Source: an uncultured candidate division Zixibacteria bacterium (GTDB lineage: Bacteria; Zixibacteria; MSB-5A5; GN15; PGXB01). From it: a stretch of 64,000 nucleotides of DNA. Every line of letters begins with the position of its first letter. Position 1 is the stretch's first letter. The notes under the pieces were generated by a model. The model saw only the letters and a list, made by a program, of their open reading frames with translations. It was not told the origin of the DNA and ran no database searches. The translations under genes and the position numbers were made by a program. This document shows positions 50,129-60,325 of the stretch, piece by piece. The stretch covers positions 576,001 through 640,000 of the forward strand of contig OY969724.1 of assembly GCA_963702205.1 (NCBI GenBank), written 5' to 3'.

Positions 50129-51423
50129 CCGGAAAAGCATCGATTCGGGGTGCTTTGACCGCAGTCGTCGCGACCTTGTTGGGCAGCGGTGTCGCTCTCG
50201 GCGCCACCACCGGCAGCAAACTCGAATCATCGATATTGATTTATTCCGAAACCAACCGGGTGCAGGCAGCCGAAGGTGTTATCGGTTTGACCCGCCCGCT
50301 CAAGGGCGGACGATTTTTCAATGGTCATGTTACATTCGACGGCCTGACCGGGGCCTCGCCCAACGGCGCGGCACCGTCAAATCATATTCAGACGTTTACC
50401 GGTACTTCCGGGACAAGTACATACACCGCCAAACCGGGTGAGATACCGCTGGATAATACATTCAAAGATATGCGCTTCGGTTTCGACGGCGGCTTTACTC
50501 TTCCGCTGGGTCGTCTTTCGACGACCGTCCTGGGTGCGCATCTTTCGACCGAGCACGATTATACATCGGTTGGTCTCAATGCCGGATTGACGAGGGATTT
50601 ATTCCGCAAAAATACGACCATTTCGGCGAGCGCATCTTTTTCCCACGACGTTGTCAGTCCTCTCGGGGGTGCCCCGACGCCGTTTTCACGAATGATGGCG
50701 CCGAGCGGCGACGGAGAAGGTGAGGGTGAACGAGAAGGCGGCGAACGCGGAAATATTCCGGGCAAGGGCAAAAACGTAGTCGATGCCGTGGTCGGATTCA
50801 CCCAGGTGCTCGATCGGAGAACCGTTTTGCGGCTGGATTACTCGTACAGTCATGCGTCCGGGTATTTGAACGACCCATACAAATTATTGAGTGTAGTGCA
50901 GGGACCGGGAACGTCCGATCCGGGCGAGCCGACCGGCTATGTCTATGAATCGCGCCCCGACAACCGCAGCAAACAGGCCGTGTACGGCGAGATACGCCGC
51001 TATATCGGCGGACATACCATAGATTTTTCATATCGTTATTATCATGATGATTGGGGGGTGACGTCGCGGACGTTTGACGTGCACTATCGTTTCCCCATCG
51101 CCGCCGGGCACGCCCTGCAGCCGCATTTTAGATGGTATAAGCAGACCGGAGCCGATTTTTATGACACGTACCTGCTCGACGGCGCGCCGCTTCCGGCTTT
51201 CGCCTCGGCGGACTACCGCCTGGCGCCGTTTCATGCGTTGACATACGGGCTGGAGTACATTCTCACCGTGGAACATGGTCTGTACCTGAGTTTCGGAGCG
51301 GAGTACTACCGTCAGATCGGAGACCTCAGCCCTCCGAAATCGCTCGGAGTGCTGAGCCGGACGGAACTCTTCCCCAAACTCGACGCCGTTATGGCGCGGG
51401 TCGGTTTCGGCTATGATTTCTAA
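50119..51423 (+). CDS. DUF3570-like outer-membrane beta-barrel
   Basis: MQL start overlapping DUF4266, DGLTGASP, GYLNDPY, YRYYHDDWG and SADYRL. Confidence 0.85.
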   Translation: MQLTGKASIRGALTAVVATLLGSGVALGATTGSKLESSILIYSETNRVQAAEGVIGLTRPLKGGRFFNGHVTFDGLTGASPNGAAPSNHIQTFTGTSGTSTYTAKPGEIPLDNTFKDMRFGFDGGFTLPLGRLSTTVLGAHLSTEHDYTSVGLNAGLTRDLFRKNTTISASASFSHDVVSPLGGAPTPFSRMMAPSGDGEGEGEREGGERGNIPGKGKNVVDAVVGFTQVLDRRTVLRLDYSYSHASGYLNDPYKLLSVVQGPGTSDPGEPTGYVYESRPDNRSKQAVYGEIRRYIGGHTIDFSYRYYHDDWGVTSRTFDVHYRFPIAAGHALQPHFRWYKQTGADFYDTYLLDGAPLPAFASADYRLAPFHALTYGLEYILTVEHGLYLSFGAEYYRQIGDLSPPKSLGVLSRTELFPKLDAVMARVGFGYDF

Positions 51424-52315
51424 GACCGGACTCGAATACGAGGTCAGCCGGGCGGAATCGCACTGGTTAATCGGCTTCTCCGCAATGGCGAGCCCCTGTG
51501 AAATTCTGGTCAGGTGCAACAACAAGAGCGATGCCGAAGATTTGGCATCGCTTTCTTTTGCCGAAACCAGGCGTATCGAACAGAAATTCAGCCGCTATCG
51601 GGACGACAATATCGTCTTTGCCATCAACAACAGCGATGGTGCAGCGGTCGAAGTCGACGAAGAGATGGCGAGACTGCTGGACTACGCCGACCAGAGTTAT
51701 CGTCTGAGTGATGGGCGGTTCGATATCACGTCGGGGGTGCTTCGCAAGGCGTGGCGGTTTGACGGGTCTCGCGCCAAACCCGATTCAGGATTAATTGAAT
51801 CGTTGCTTGAGAAGGTCGGCTGGGATAAAGTAAGCTGGGACGGGAGCAAGTTCAGAATGTGGCCCGGTATGGAAATCGACCTGGGTGGGGTCGGGAAAGA
51901 GTATGCCGTCGATTTGGTCGCGGAAATGCTTTATAAGGCCACCGGATTTACGGTGATGGTCAATTTCGGTGGGGACATCCGCGCCATAACAAGCGATACC
52001 AACTCTGTCCCGTGGGTGGTCGGAGTTGAAAATCCCAAACACGAAAAGACGGCGGTCGGGCAGATCAATCTTACCAATGGAGGCGTGGCCACCAGCGGCG
52101 ACCTGCGGCGGTTTTGTATGGTCAACGGGGTCAGGATGGGACACATTTTGAATCCGTGCACGGGGTGGCCGGTGGCGGGTGCGCCGAGGAGTGTGACAGT
52201 TGTCGGCAATTATTGTGTCGAAGCCGGTTTTCTGGCGACGCTGGCGATGCTGCAGGGACCCGATGCCGAAAAGTTCCTGAAAGAGCAGGATGCACCGTGT
52301 CATTGTATCAGATAG
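51413..52315 (+). CDS. apbE: FAD:protein FMN transferase
   Basis: SDGRFDIT, DLGGVGKEYAVD, GGDI, ATSG and HILNP. Confidence 0.92.
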   Translation: MISKTGLEYEVSRAESHWLIGFSAMASPCEILVRCNNKSDAEDLASLSFAETRRIEQKFSRYRDDNIVFAINNSDGAAVEVDEEMARLLDYADQSYRLSDGRFDITSGVLRKAWRFDGSRAKPDSGLIESLLEKVGWDKVSWDGSKFRMWPGMEIDLGGVGKEYAVDLVAEMLYKATGFTVMVNFGGDIRAITSDTNSVPWVVGVENPKHEKTAVGQINLTNGGVATSGDLRRFCMVNGVRMGHILNPCTGWPVAGAPRSVTVVGNYCVEAGFLATLAMLQGPDAEKFLKEQDAPCHCIR

Positions 52316-52536
52316 ATGATTCGGGAGGTGCGGTTATTTAAGTGAGCTGGGAAGCTGCTTCGCTTACTTTTCTATTCCCGATCGCGTAACCGGTGGCTCG
52401 AGGATCTATGTCAACGGTGCAAAAATGTAACTTCCGGCGGGTACGGGCAATGCGATAATCCCGAGTGAAATAAACAGAAAAAATATGAATATTGCTCACT
52501 TTATATTAATAGTTTTGCACCGTCCATTGTTGTATA

Positions 52537-53826
52537 ATGGACTATGGCTGCCTTTTGGATTTTTACTGCAATGGCCGGGAGAGCTTAACGGCTTTGAACG
52601 GCGACAGAATCGGACAATATCTGGGGATAAATCGCGGGGTGCTGGCGTTGTCGATTGCTCGTTTGGCCGATGCATTGGGCAACAGCATTCTCTTTATCGT
52701 AATTCCGCTCTACGTGGCACGCCTGCCGCATCCAGCTTTCGAGGTTCCTGTCCCGGTTCTGGTCGGGATTTTGATATCGATCTATGGTTTAATCAATTCG
52801 CTTTTGCAGCCTTTAACCGGGGCTTTGTGCGATCGTTTCGGAAGGCATAAGCGGTTTATACAGGTCGGCTTGGGCATGGTCGGCCTGGCGACGCTGTGTT
52901 ACGTATTCGCGAACCGGTATCTGGATCTGCTCGTGCTGAGAACGGTGCAGGGTATTGGGCTGGCGCTGACGGTTCCAGCCTCGATGGCGTTGATGTCGGT
53001 CATAACGAAACAGGAGACACGGGCCAGCTCGATGGGGGTTTATTCGACGCTCAGAATGATCGGATTCGCGGCGGGTCCGGTGATCGGTGGTTTTCTTCAG
53101 GTTCACTTCGGTTTTAACGCGGCCTTTTATTCCGGGGCGGCTTTCGTTTTTCTGGCGGTTGTACTGGTGCAACTGTGGATCAAGAATGTTCCGGTTGAGA
53201 CTGCGAAAAATGTCAAGCCGCGTTTCAGGATCATCGATCGCTCGCTTTTGAGCCCCGGAATACTTAGCGCCGGAGTGGCCACATTTCTTGCGGCTAATGC
53301 CTTTTCGATGGTTACCACGCTGGAAAACGAATTCAACGCCCGCCTGCACATGAACGCCTTCAGTTTTGGCATCGCTTTCAGCGGTTTGATGATCGGGCGG
53401 TTGTTGTCGCAGGTGCCTCTGGGCCGACTGTCCGACAGCATCGGCCGCCGTCCGCTGGTTATAATCGGATTGCTTTTGATGGCCCCGGCCACAATACTTT
53501 TAGGTGAGGCAACGTCGATGATGCAGTTGACAATCCTTCGCATCTCACAGGGGCTGGCCTCAGCCGCGGTGGTTGCTCCGGCTCTGGCAGTGGTGGCGGA
53601 CCTGTCCCGCGTCGACAGCGCCGGGCGGCAAATGAGTGTGGTGACGATGGGTTTCGGTCTGGGAATCGCAATCGGTCCGTTGATAGCCGGGGTGCTGGTG
53701 GTGGCGTTTTTCGACCTGCCTTTCATAGTGGCCGGAGCGATGTCTATTGTCGGGGCGTGGGTGGTATATCGCAAAATGCCGGAAACCGCCAAAGGCAAAG
53801 CGGGACCGGTGCATCTGCACCGTTAG
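52537..53826 (+). CDS. MFS transporter
   Basis: About 12 TMs; GALCDRFGR and GRLSDSIGRR; start uncertain. Confidence 0.88.
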   Translation: MDYGCLLDFYCNGRESLTALNGDRIGQYLGINRGVLALSIARLADALGNSILFIVIPLYVARLPHPAFEVPVPVLVGILISIYGLINSLLQPLTGALCDRFGRHKRFIQVGLGMVGLATLCYVFANRYLDLLVLRTVQGIGLALTVPASMALMSVITKQETRASSMGVYSTLRMIGFAAGPVIGGFLQVHFGFNAAFYSGAAFVFLAVVLVQLWIKNVPVETAKNVKPRFRIIDRSLLSPGILSAGVATFLAANAFSMVTTLENEFNARLHMNAFSFGIAFSGLMIGRLLSQVPLGRLSDSIGRRPLVIIGLLLMAPATILLGEATSMMQLTILRISQGLASAAVVAPALAVVADLSRVDSAGRQMSVVTMGFGLGIAIGPLIAGVLVVAFFDLPFIVAGAMSIVGAWVVYRKMPETAKGKAGPVHLHR

Positions 53827-53835
53827 CGATATGTA

Positions 53836-55770
53836 CTAATCGCGATTGCGAAGAATGTTTATCAATCCACCGGCGAGGATTATTGCAACCTGCCGGGGAC
53901 TCATCTTGTGTTCGGTCTGATACGTTTCGTTCCTGGTTTTATTCATAACCTCAATGACTTTTCCTGACTGCATTGCTTCGCGGGCGTTTTTCAGGGACAG
54001 CACATCGTCCTGAGAAATCTTGTCGTAATCTGCGGCATTCTGGAATACCAGCGGTACGATTCCGAAGTTGACGAGGTTTTGAAGGTGTATCCGGGCGAAG
54101 CTTTTGACCAGCACGCACCTGACGCCGAGATATCGGGGAGCCAGCGCCGCATGCTCGCGGCTCGATCCCTGTCCGTAATTGTTGCCGCCGACTATGAAAG
54201 AACCGGTAGACTGGTATTTGCCCGCCCTGGCCGGATAGGTTTCGTCTATTTGCACGAAGACGAATTTACTGATGGCTTCGATATTGCTCCGGAACGGCAG
54301 CACTTTGCTGCCGGCAGGCATAATTTCATCGGTGGAGATGTCATCGCCGACTTTAAGCAGCGCCGGGCCCTCGAGGTTGTCGGATAATTCATCGAAGATC
54401 GGAAGTCTTTTGATATTCGGTCCTTTTTCCAGTTCGATTGCGGAACCGTCGTCGGCCGGAGCGAGGAGCATGTCGGTATTTATGATAATTTTCTCCGGTT
54501 CTTTGAATTCCGGGTAGGGCATACCGAGCGTGCGCGGATCGGTAATGACACCGGTCAGGGCCGAGGCCGCCGCCGTCTCGGGGCTGCACAGGTATACCGA
54601 ATCTTCTTTCGTGCCGGATCGTCCGGGGAAATTACGCGGGACGGTTCTCAGGCTGATTCTGCCGGTTGCCGGTGCCTGACCCATGCCGATACACCCGTTG
54701 CACCCGGCCTGGTGAATTCTGGCCCCGCCCCGGAGTAGTTTGGCAAGCAGTTTCATTTCCATGAGGTTTTCCTGAATCTGCCGTGACGATGGGTTGACAT
54801 CGAACGAGACTCGGTTGTGGGCCTGTTTGCCGTCGACAATCAAAGCCGCGATGGCGAAATCGCGTAGTCCGGGATTGGCCGACGAGCCGATCATGGCCTG
54901 GTAGATTTCTTTTCCGGCGACTTTTTTCACCGGGACGACGTTTCCGGGGCTGCTCGGCAGAGCAATCAGCGGTTCCAGCTTGCCCAGGTCGATTTCGTCG
55001 TGCTCGTCGTACTGCGCGCCATCGTCGGCCATAAGTTCAAGCCAGTCGTCTCCCCGACGCTGCTGTTTCATAAACCATTTGACGGCTTTGTCCGACGGGA
55101 AAACCGAGGTAGTCGCACCGAGTTCGGCGCCCATATTGGCGATAACATGGCGGTCCATCGCGGTAAGGTTATCTAATCCGGCTCCGTAGTATTCGATAAT
55201 TTTCCCGACCCCGCCGCTGACACCGTGGCGGCGCAGCATTTCCAGGATGATGTCTTTGGCGCTGACCCAATCCGGTAGTTTGCCGACCAGCCGCACGCCC
55301 ATAACTTTCGGCATATTAAAATAAAACGGTTCCCCGGCCATGGCCCGCGCCACTTCGAGCCCACCGGCACCGATGGCCAGCATCCCCAGTGCTCCCGCTC
55401 CGCAGGTGTGGCTGTCGGAACCGAGCAGGGTTTTTCCGGGAATGCCAAACCGCTCCATGTGCAGCGGGTGGCTGACGCCGTTGCCGGGGCGGCTGAACCA
55501 TACTCCGAATTTCCGGGCGGCGCTGCGCAGGAACAGGTGGTCGTCGGCGTTTTTAAAATCGGCCTGGACGAGGTTGTGATCGACATACTGCGCCGATAGT
55601 TCGGTCTTGACCCGTTTGAGGTTCATCGCTTCCAGTTCGAGCATGACCATGGTTCCGGTAGCGTCCTGAGTGAGGGTTTGGTCAATTTTGACGGCGATTT
55701 CGGTTCCGGCTTTCATCTCACCGGATACCAGATGGCTTCCAATCAGCTTTTGAGCGACATTATATTTCAT
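53836..55770 (-). CDS. Aconitate hydratase (short, about 650-aa type)
   Basis: QDATG, GSDSHT, CNGCIG, RNFPGR and GSSRE. Confidence 0.92.
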   Translation of the reverse strand: MKYNVAQKLIGSHLVSGEMKAGTEIAVKIDQTLTQDATGTMVMLELEAMNLKRVKTELSAQYVDHNLVQADFKNADDHLFLRSAARKFGVWFSRPGNGVSHPLHMERFGIPGKTLLGSDSHTCGAGALGMLAIGAGGLEVARAMAGEPFYFNMPKVMGVRLVGKLPDWVSAKDIILEMLRRHGVSGGVGKIIEYYGAGLDNLTAMDRHVIANMGAELGATTSVFPSDKAVKWFMKQQRRGDDWLELMADDGAQYDEHDEIDLGKLEPLIALPSSPGNVVPVKKVAGKEIYQAMIGSSANPGLRDFAIAALIVDGKQAHNRVSFDVNPSSRQIQENLMEMKLLAKLLRGGARIHQAGCNGCIGMGQAPATGRISLRTVPRNFPGRSGTKEDSVYLCSPETAAASALTGVITDPRTLGMPYPEFKEPEKIIINTDMLLAPADDGSAIELEKGPNIKRLPIFDELSDNLEGPALLKVGDDISTDEIMPAGSKVLPFRSNIEAISKFVFVQIDETYPARAGKYQSTGSFIVGGNNYGQGSSREHAALAPRYLGVRCVLVKSFARIHLQNLVNFGIVPLVFQNAADYDKISQDDVLSLKNAREAMQSGKVIEVMNKTRNETYQTEHKMSPRQVAIILAGGLINILRNRD

Positions 55771-55999
55771 AATCAGAATTCTTTCATGAAATCGTTTTTC
55801 GTATTTATTGAAACGCCGGTTTATTGCCTCCGTTCCCCCGATGTGGTGAACACTGGCTTATAATGAAAGCTGAAAATAGATTCTCCCGGACCGGGCTTCA
55901 ATGCCGCTTGCTATTAATAAGCAGCGGCCGTGCCTTCTGGTAATTTCGACAGGCATCGGCCGCAATGTCCTCGGTTATATGAACTACAAAATGTAATTC

Positions 56000-56623
56000 T
56001 TATGATATAAAAATAAACCTGTCTTTGTGGGTCATACAAATGCCGCAACGATTGGGCGCTTCAGTATCGTACGTATTGCCACAGGTCGTGCAAACCGCAT
56101 ATGACCCGGACAACACGTCGTCCGAACCGGCCTGGATGGCGGCGAGGGCTTTGGTGTAGAGCATCTTGTGCACTTTTTCGGTTTCGTAGGCATAGTTGAG
56201 AGAAATGGCGGCGATACTGATTTTCGATGCCGACGCATTTTTCAGGAAGTCGGGATACATCGTGTCGACTTCGTAGGATTCGCCTTTGATGGCGTCTTCC
56301 AGATTCTCGACGGTCGTTTTAACCTCGAATTCCGGCGTGACTTCCGGGGGTTCTATGCCAAGCTGGGCCAGGACCGCCTGATGATTGGAGGCATGAATTC
56401 CCTCGGCTTTCGAGGCCGCCTCAAAAAGTTTGCTGACTTTGGTAAAGCCTTCTTCGGCGGCTTTGGCGGCGTAGGCCGCGTATTTGGCGCTGGCCGTCGT
56501 CTCACCCTCAAAGGCGGCTTTGAGATTATTAACGGTCAGTGTTCGTGCCGGATTGTCCTGCCCGAAAGCAAAGGCCGAAGCAAAAATGACCAGGGTCAAA
56601 ACCAGCGTGATTGTCTTAAACAT
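56000..56623 (-). CDS. Rubrerythrin-family protein with an N-terminal signal peptide
   Basis: NLKAAFEGE, EGIH, GESYE, EKVH and C-terminal CTTC...CGIC. Confidence 0.88.
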   Translation of the reverse strand: MFKTITLVLTLVIFASAFAFGQDNPARTLTVNNLKAAFEGETTASAKYAAYAAKAAEEGFTKVSKLFEAASKAEGIHASNHQAVLAQLGIEPPEVTPEFEVKTTVENLEDAIKGESYEVDTMYPDFLKNASASKISIAAISLNYAYETEKVHKMLYTKALAAIQAGSDDVLSGSYAVCTTCGNTYDTEAPNRCGICMTHKDRFIFIS

Positions 56624-56673
56624 CGTTTCTTTCTCCCTTGTTATTGTTTACGAATTATTATTTTTCAAACCGA

Positions 56674-57189
56674 TCAGTCGTTTTCTTCAGCTTCTTTAAG
56701 CGGTTCTTCGAGCGCCGGAGAGGCGGCGTTTTGAGTGAAGGCGTTGCCAAAAGTCAGGTCGACCCCTGCGGCGTGGCGATAGACTAATTCACCGCCGTAG
56801 TACCCGGTTCTGGCGATGGTTCCCACACCGACCGCCAACAGAATGACCATGCCCAGTTTCAGCCACCCGGTCATGCGACCGGTGACCGCCAGAAGCGTGC
56901 GCAGTACCGCGAGAATCATCATGGTCCAGACGGCCACGACGGCAGAGTTTTCGTGGGTGTCAAGGGCCGTGCCGAGGGCGCCGAATGCCTCGATTCCCTC
57001 ACCGGCCAAATTGCCGGACAGGTAGGCTGCCAGAGTTCCGAGGCTGCCGAGTATAATTAAAAACAAACCGGCCGACGTGAAAAACTTCCATTTGGTCACC
57101 AGCCCGATCACATCCGAAAGGAATCCGACGATTACGAGGGCGATCGGGAAATGTACGATCATCGGGTGCAAGTGGTTATAATCTATCAA
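56674..57189 (-). CDS. DUF2231-like membrane protein
   Basis: HPMIVHFP, H in TM3 and GGELVY; strong RBS. Confidence 0.82.
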   Translation of the reverse strand: MIDYNHLHPMIVHFPIALVIVGFLSDVIGLVTKWKFFTSAGLFLIILGSLGTLAAYLSGNLAGEGIEAFGALGTALDTHENSAVVAVWTMMILAVLRTLLAVTGRMTGWLKLGMVILLAVGVGTIARTGYYGGELVYRHAAGVDLTFGNAFTQNAASPALEEPLKEAEEND

Positions 57190-57417
57190 ACTCCCTCCTC
57201 CGCTATCTTAATTGTGTTTGCCGAAATATAACAGTGACCGTATATAAAAATCCTATATGATTTTATGAACTGGCCTCAAATAATCCTCGCCGCTCAAATG
57301 TCCAAACGACACTTTTCCATTAATAAAGAGCTTTCTTTGTCCAATTTCGTTCATATTGACTCCAAAAAAGGAAATTTAATTCGATTGCAGTTTACTGATT
57401 TAAGATTAAAATAAGAG

Positions 57418-59853
57418 TTAGTCTCGAACGAACCATTTGATCACAGCCATTTTCAGAGCCTCGTTAATTACGAGACAGGAAACCATGGAATAGATAAAAG
57501 CGATCAAAGTCTGCCACCAGGGCAGGGCGGCGAGTCCGGGAAGCCCGGCGTATGTCAGAATCGTGCCGGCGGCGGCATCGGCTATGAGAGCAATAAGCAG
57601 GGTTCGGCTCGGTGCGGTTGCCCAGAACCAGCGGCGTTCCCGTATCGAAACAATGGAAAATATCGCCATGTAGAGCATTGTCAGGAAACTGAAGGAGTAG
57701 AGCGCGCTTTCGTTGGCGGCCAGTCCGAATCGTGACCAGCCGAAATACAACATAAGCAGGGCCTCAAGAACCATCGCGACGCCGATTACCACGGATACCG
57801 CGATATATCCTCCGATGTTCCAGGTTTCCGGTTTACCCGACGGATGCACGCGATCGGTGGCGAGTGCTATTTTCGCGGAATCGTTCATGGTGGTCAAAAG
57901 CAGCATGGCAAACGCGGAGATGATGAATTTCCCGGTGACGACATAAGCGACCGACACGAGCCCGGCTTTCAGGATCGAGCGGCTGATTTTATTGATTATC
58001 CAGGTTAAAATGCGCTGATATATGGTCCGGCCCTGCTGCACCAGTTCCACGATATTCGTCAGGCCCGGCGCAGTCAGGACGACGCTCGCCGCGCTCTTGG
58101 CGACGTCGGAGGCGGTACTTACGGCAATGCCGACTTCGGCCTGACGCAGAGCGGGAGCATCGTTGACACCATCGCCGGTCATGCCGGTGATATGTCCATC
58201 GGCCTGGAGTTTCTGCACGACAATGTATTTATCTTCGGGATATATCTCGGCCAGGCCGTCGACGCTGTCGATATAATCGACCGTATCGTTGTGGCCGGTA
58301 TCGCGTGCCGCCTTGAGATCCTCGGCGCGACCGATGTCGTTCAGGCCGACTCCGCGTGCGATATCCCTTGCAACCGCGAGGGCGTCGCCGGTGAGCATTT
58401 TCACCGCGACCCCGAGGCCGCGAAGGGTATTTATCAATTTCCCGGCGTCCGGCCGGAGTGGATCGTGCAACATCACGAGTCCAACCAGTTCCGGTTTGGC
58501 TGTTTCCAGCCCTCTTGCCACCGCCAGAGTTCTATATCCCTTCGACGCCGATTCATCGACGTTCTTTTCGAGCTCTTTGATTCGTTCGGGCGGAAGCTCG
58601 CAAAGCTGCGCGATAGTCTTGACGGCCCCTTTCATCACCCGAAGATGTTTTCCGTCTCGTTCGATTACGGCTTCGGTGCGACGGTTTTTGGCGTCGAACG
58701 GTGTAAACGAGATCGTTTTTGTATTGGGTTCGTTATCCAGAATGTGTTTCTCTTCCGCCGCCGCCAGAAACGCGAGGTCGATCGGGTCCTGGTTGGCTTC
58801 GCGGGAAGACAAAGCGCCGACGCGGAGCACGTCGGCTTCGGTGAAATTCCCCAGCGGAATCACGCCCGTTATGGTCAGCTGGTTCATGGTGATGGTACCG
58901 GTTTTGTCCGCACAGAGGACGTCCATGCTGGCGGCGTCCTCGGCGGCGCTCAGGCGCGTGACCAGGACTCCCCGTTTGGCCAGTTCTCTCGATCCGAGCG
59001 CCATGCTGACCGTAAACATAACCGGCAGTGCCACCGGTACGGCACTCAGCAGCAGGACAAGCAGGAGCGGGATAATATCCAGTAATGGTTCACCACGGAT
59101 TATGGATAGTACGATAACCGCCGCCAACAGGACACCGACGACAATAAAGAGCCAGCGCACCACGTTGGCCACGACGGCTTCGATATGAAGTTTCGGCCGG
59201 GCTTTCTGCACCAGTTCCGTAGTGCGGCCGAAATATGTATGTGCCCCGGTAAGTATAACGACCGCGGTGCCTTCCCCTCGTCGGACAACGGAACCCGATG
59301 AGAGCACGTCGCCGGGTCCTTTATCCACGTCGATCGATTCTCCGGTAAGGGCCGATTGATCCACGCTCGCGGCCCCGTCGAGGAGTCTTATATCGGCCGG
59401 AATTATATCGCCGGTGCGTATGCGGATGACGTCACCCGGAACCAGTTCGCGTGATGGAATAACCTGCCAGTTTCCCCCGCGCAGAACCCGCGCGCTGACC
59501 TGCAAGCGCTGTCGGAGCATTTCGACCACGCCGGCGGCGCGGCGTTCCTGGACGAAACTCACGACGGCGTTTACCATCATAAGGACACTGACGACAATCA
59601 GATCAGAACATTTGTGAAGCACGATCGACAGGATCAATATGAGTTCGAGCATCCATGCCGAGAGGCCCCAAAACTTCGAAAGGAAATCGAGAACGGGATG
59701 CCCCTTTTGCTCGGCGACTTCGTTATAGCCGTGCTCTTTCCGCAGGGCGGAGACCGTTTCCGGCGTGAGGCCGGTTGACGGGTCGACCTTAAGCTCGGCG
59801 AGCGCATCCTTAATAGGTGCTGACTCCATATCGGAAGGGGTATAGGTTGACAT
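57418..59853 (-). CDS. P-type IIIA plasma-membrane H+-ATPase
   Basis: TGES, PVALP, DKTGT, GDGVNDAP and ND in M6. Confidence 0.92.
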   Translation of the reverse strand: MSTYTPSDMESAPIKDALAELKVDPSTGLTPETVSALRKEHGYNEVAEQKGHPVLDFLSKFWGLSAWMLELILILSIVLHKCSDLIVVSVLMMVNAVVSFVQERRAAGVVEMLRQRLQVSARVLRGGNWQVIPSRELVPGDVIRIRTGDIIPADIRLLDGAASVDQSALTGESIDVDKGPGDVLSSGSVVRRGEGTAVVILTGAHTYFGRTTELVQKARPKLHIEAVVANVVRWLFIVVGVLLAAVIVLSIIRGEPLLDIIPLLLVLLLSAVPVALPVMFTVSMALGSRELAKRGVLVTRLSAAEDAASMDVLCADKTGTITMNQLTITGVIPLGNFTEADVLRVGALSSREANQDPIDLAFLAAAEEKHILDNEPNTKTISFTPFDAKNRRTEAVIERDGKHLRVMKGAVKTIAQLCELPPERIKELEKNVDESASKGYRTLAVARGLETAKPELVGLVMLHDPLRPDAGKLINTLRGLGVAVKMLTGDALAVARDIARGVGLNDIGRAEDLKAARDTGHNDTVDYIDSVDGLAEIYPEDKYIVVQKLQADGHITGMTGDGVNDAPALRQAEVGIAVSTASDVAKSAASVVLTAPGLTNIVELVQQGRTIYQRILTWIINKISRSILKAGLVSVAYVVTGKFIISAFAMLLLTTMNDSAKIALATDRVHPSGKPETWNIGGYIAVSVVIGVAMVLEALLMLYFGWSRFGLAANESALYSFSFLTMLYMAIFSIVSIRERRWFWATAPSRTLLIALIADAAAGTILTYAGLPGLAALPWWQTLIAFIYSMVSCLVINEALKMAVIKWFVRD

Positions 59854-59893
59854 ATGGTATTATATTACATGATTCAAATTAGATTAAAATAAT

Positions 59894-59922
59894 AAAAAAA
59901 AGGGAGCCGGACGCCCCCTTTT
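59894..59922 (-). terminator. Intrinsic terminator
   Basis: Minus strand aaggggg-cgtccggc-tccctt plus T-tract. Confidence 0.55.
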
Positions 59923-59956
59923 CATCAGGTTTCGTGCACTTTTAAATTCCAGTGTA

Positions 59957-60259
59957 TCAATCAATGATTTCATAAATTTCGCGCCCGCCGGTAATATACA
60001 TCCCGGTGTATTTGGACATTTCCTCCTTTGTTGCGGCATCAATATTCGGTCCCATATCGCCGGATTTATACCGGTTCATTTCTTCTTCGTATTCTGCCAG
60101 GTTCTTTACGGACATTTCCATAACAACGGTGTTATAATCCCCGATCATATCGGTCATGACCCTTACTCTGGAATCCGTACTGAAGACCTTTTTAAACAGC
60201 CTCGCGAGTTTGGATGCCTGTCCGGGCCTTGCCGTAAATTTGTCGCGTACAATCAGCAT
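59957..60259 (-). CDS. Small hypothetical protein (dimeric alpha-beta barrel/NIPSNAP-like)
   Basis: 100-aa ORF with ggagg RBS. Confidence 0.65.
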   Translation of the reverse strand: MLIVRDKFTARPGQASKLARLFKKVFSTDSRVRVMTDMIGDYNTVVMEMSVKNLAEYEEEMNRYKSGDMGPNIDAATKEEMSKYTGMYITGGREIYEIID

Positions 60260-60325
60260 GCTGTGCCTCCGTTTCTATATTGTTAAATAAGTGCGGTATT
60301 TTCACGAAAACTCCCGCGACGCCAA

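Noticed and set aside
6327..59188. Many long antisense or alternate-frame ORFs (e.g. 6327-7238, 9248-10099, 23028-23834, 29632-30540, 58192-59085)
   Set aside because: Shadow ORFs of well-supported genes in GC-rich, codon-biased DNA, with no recognisable motifs.
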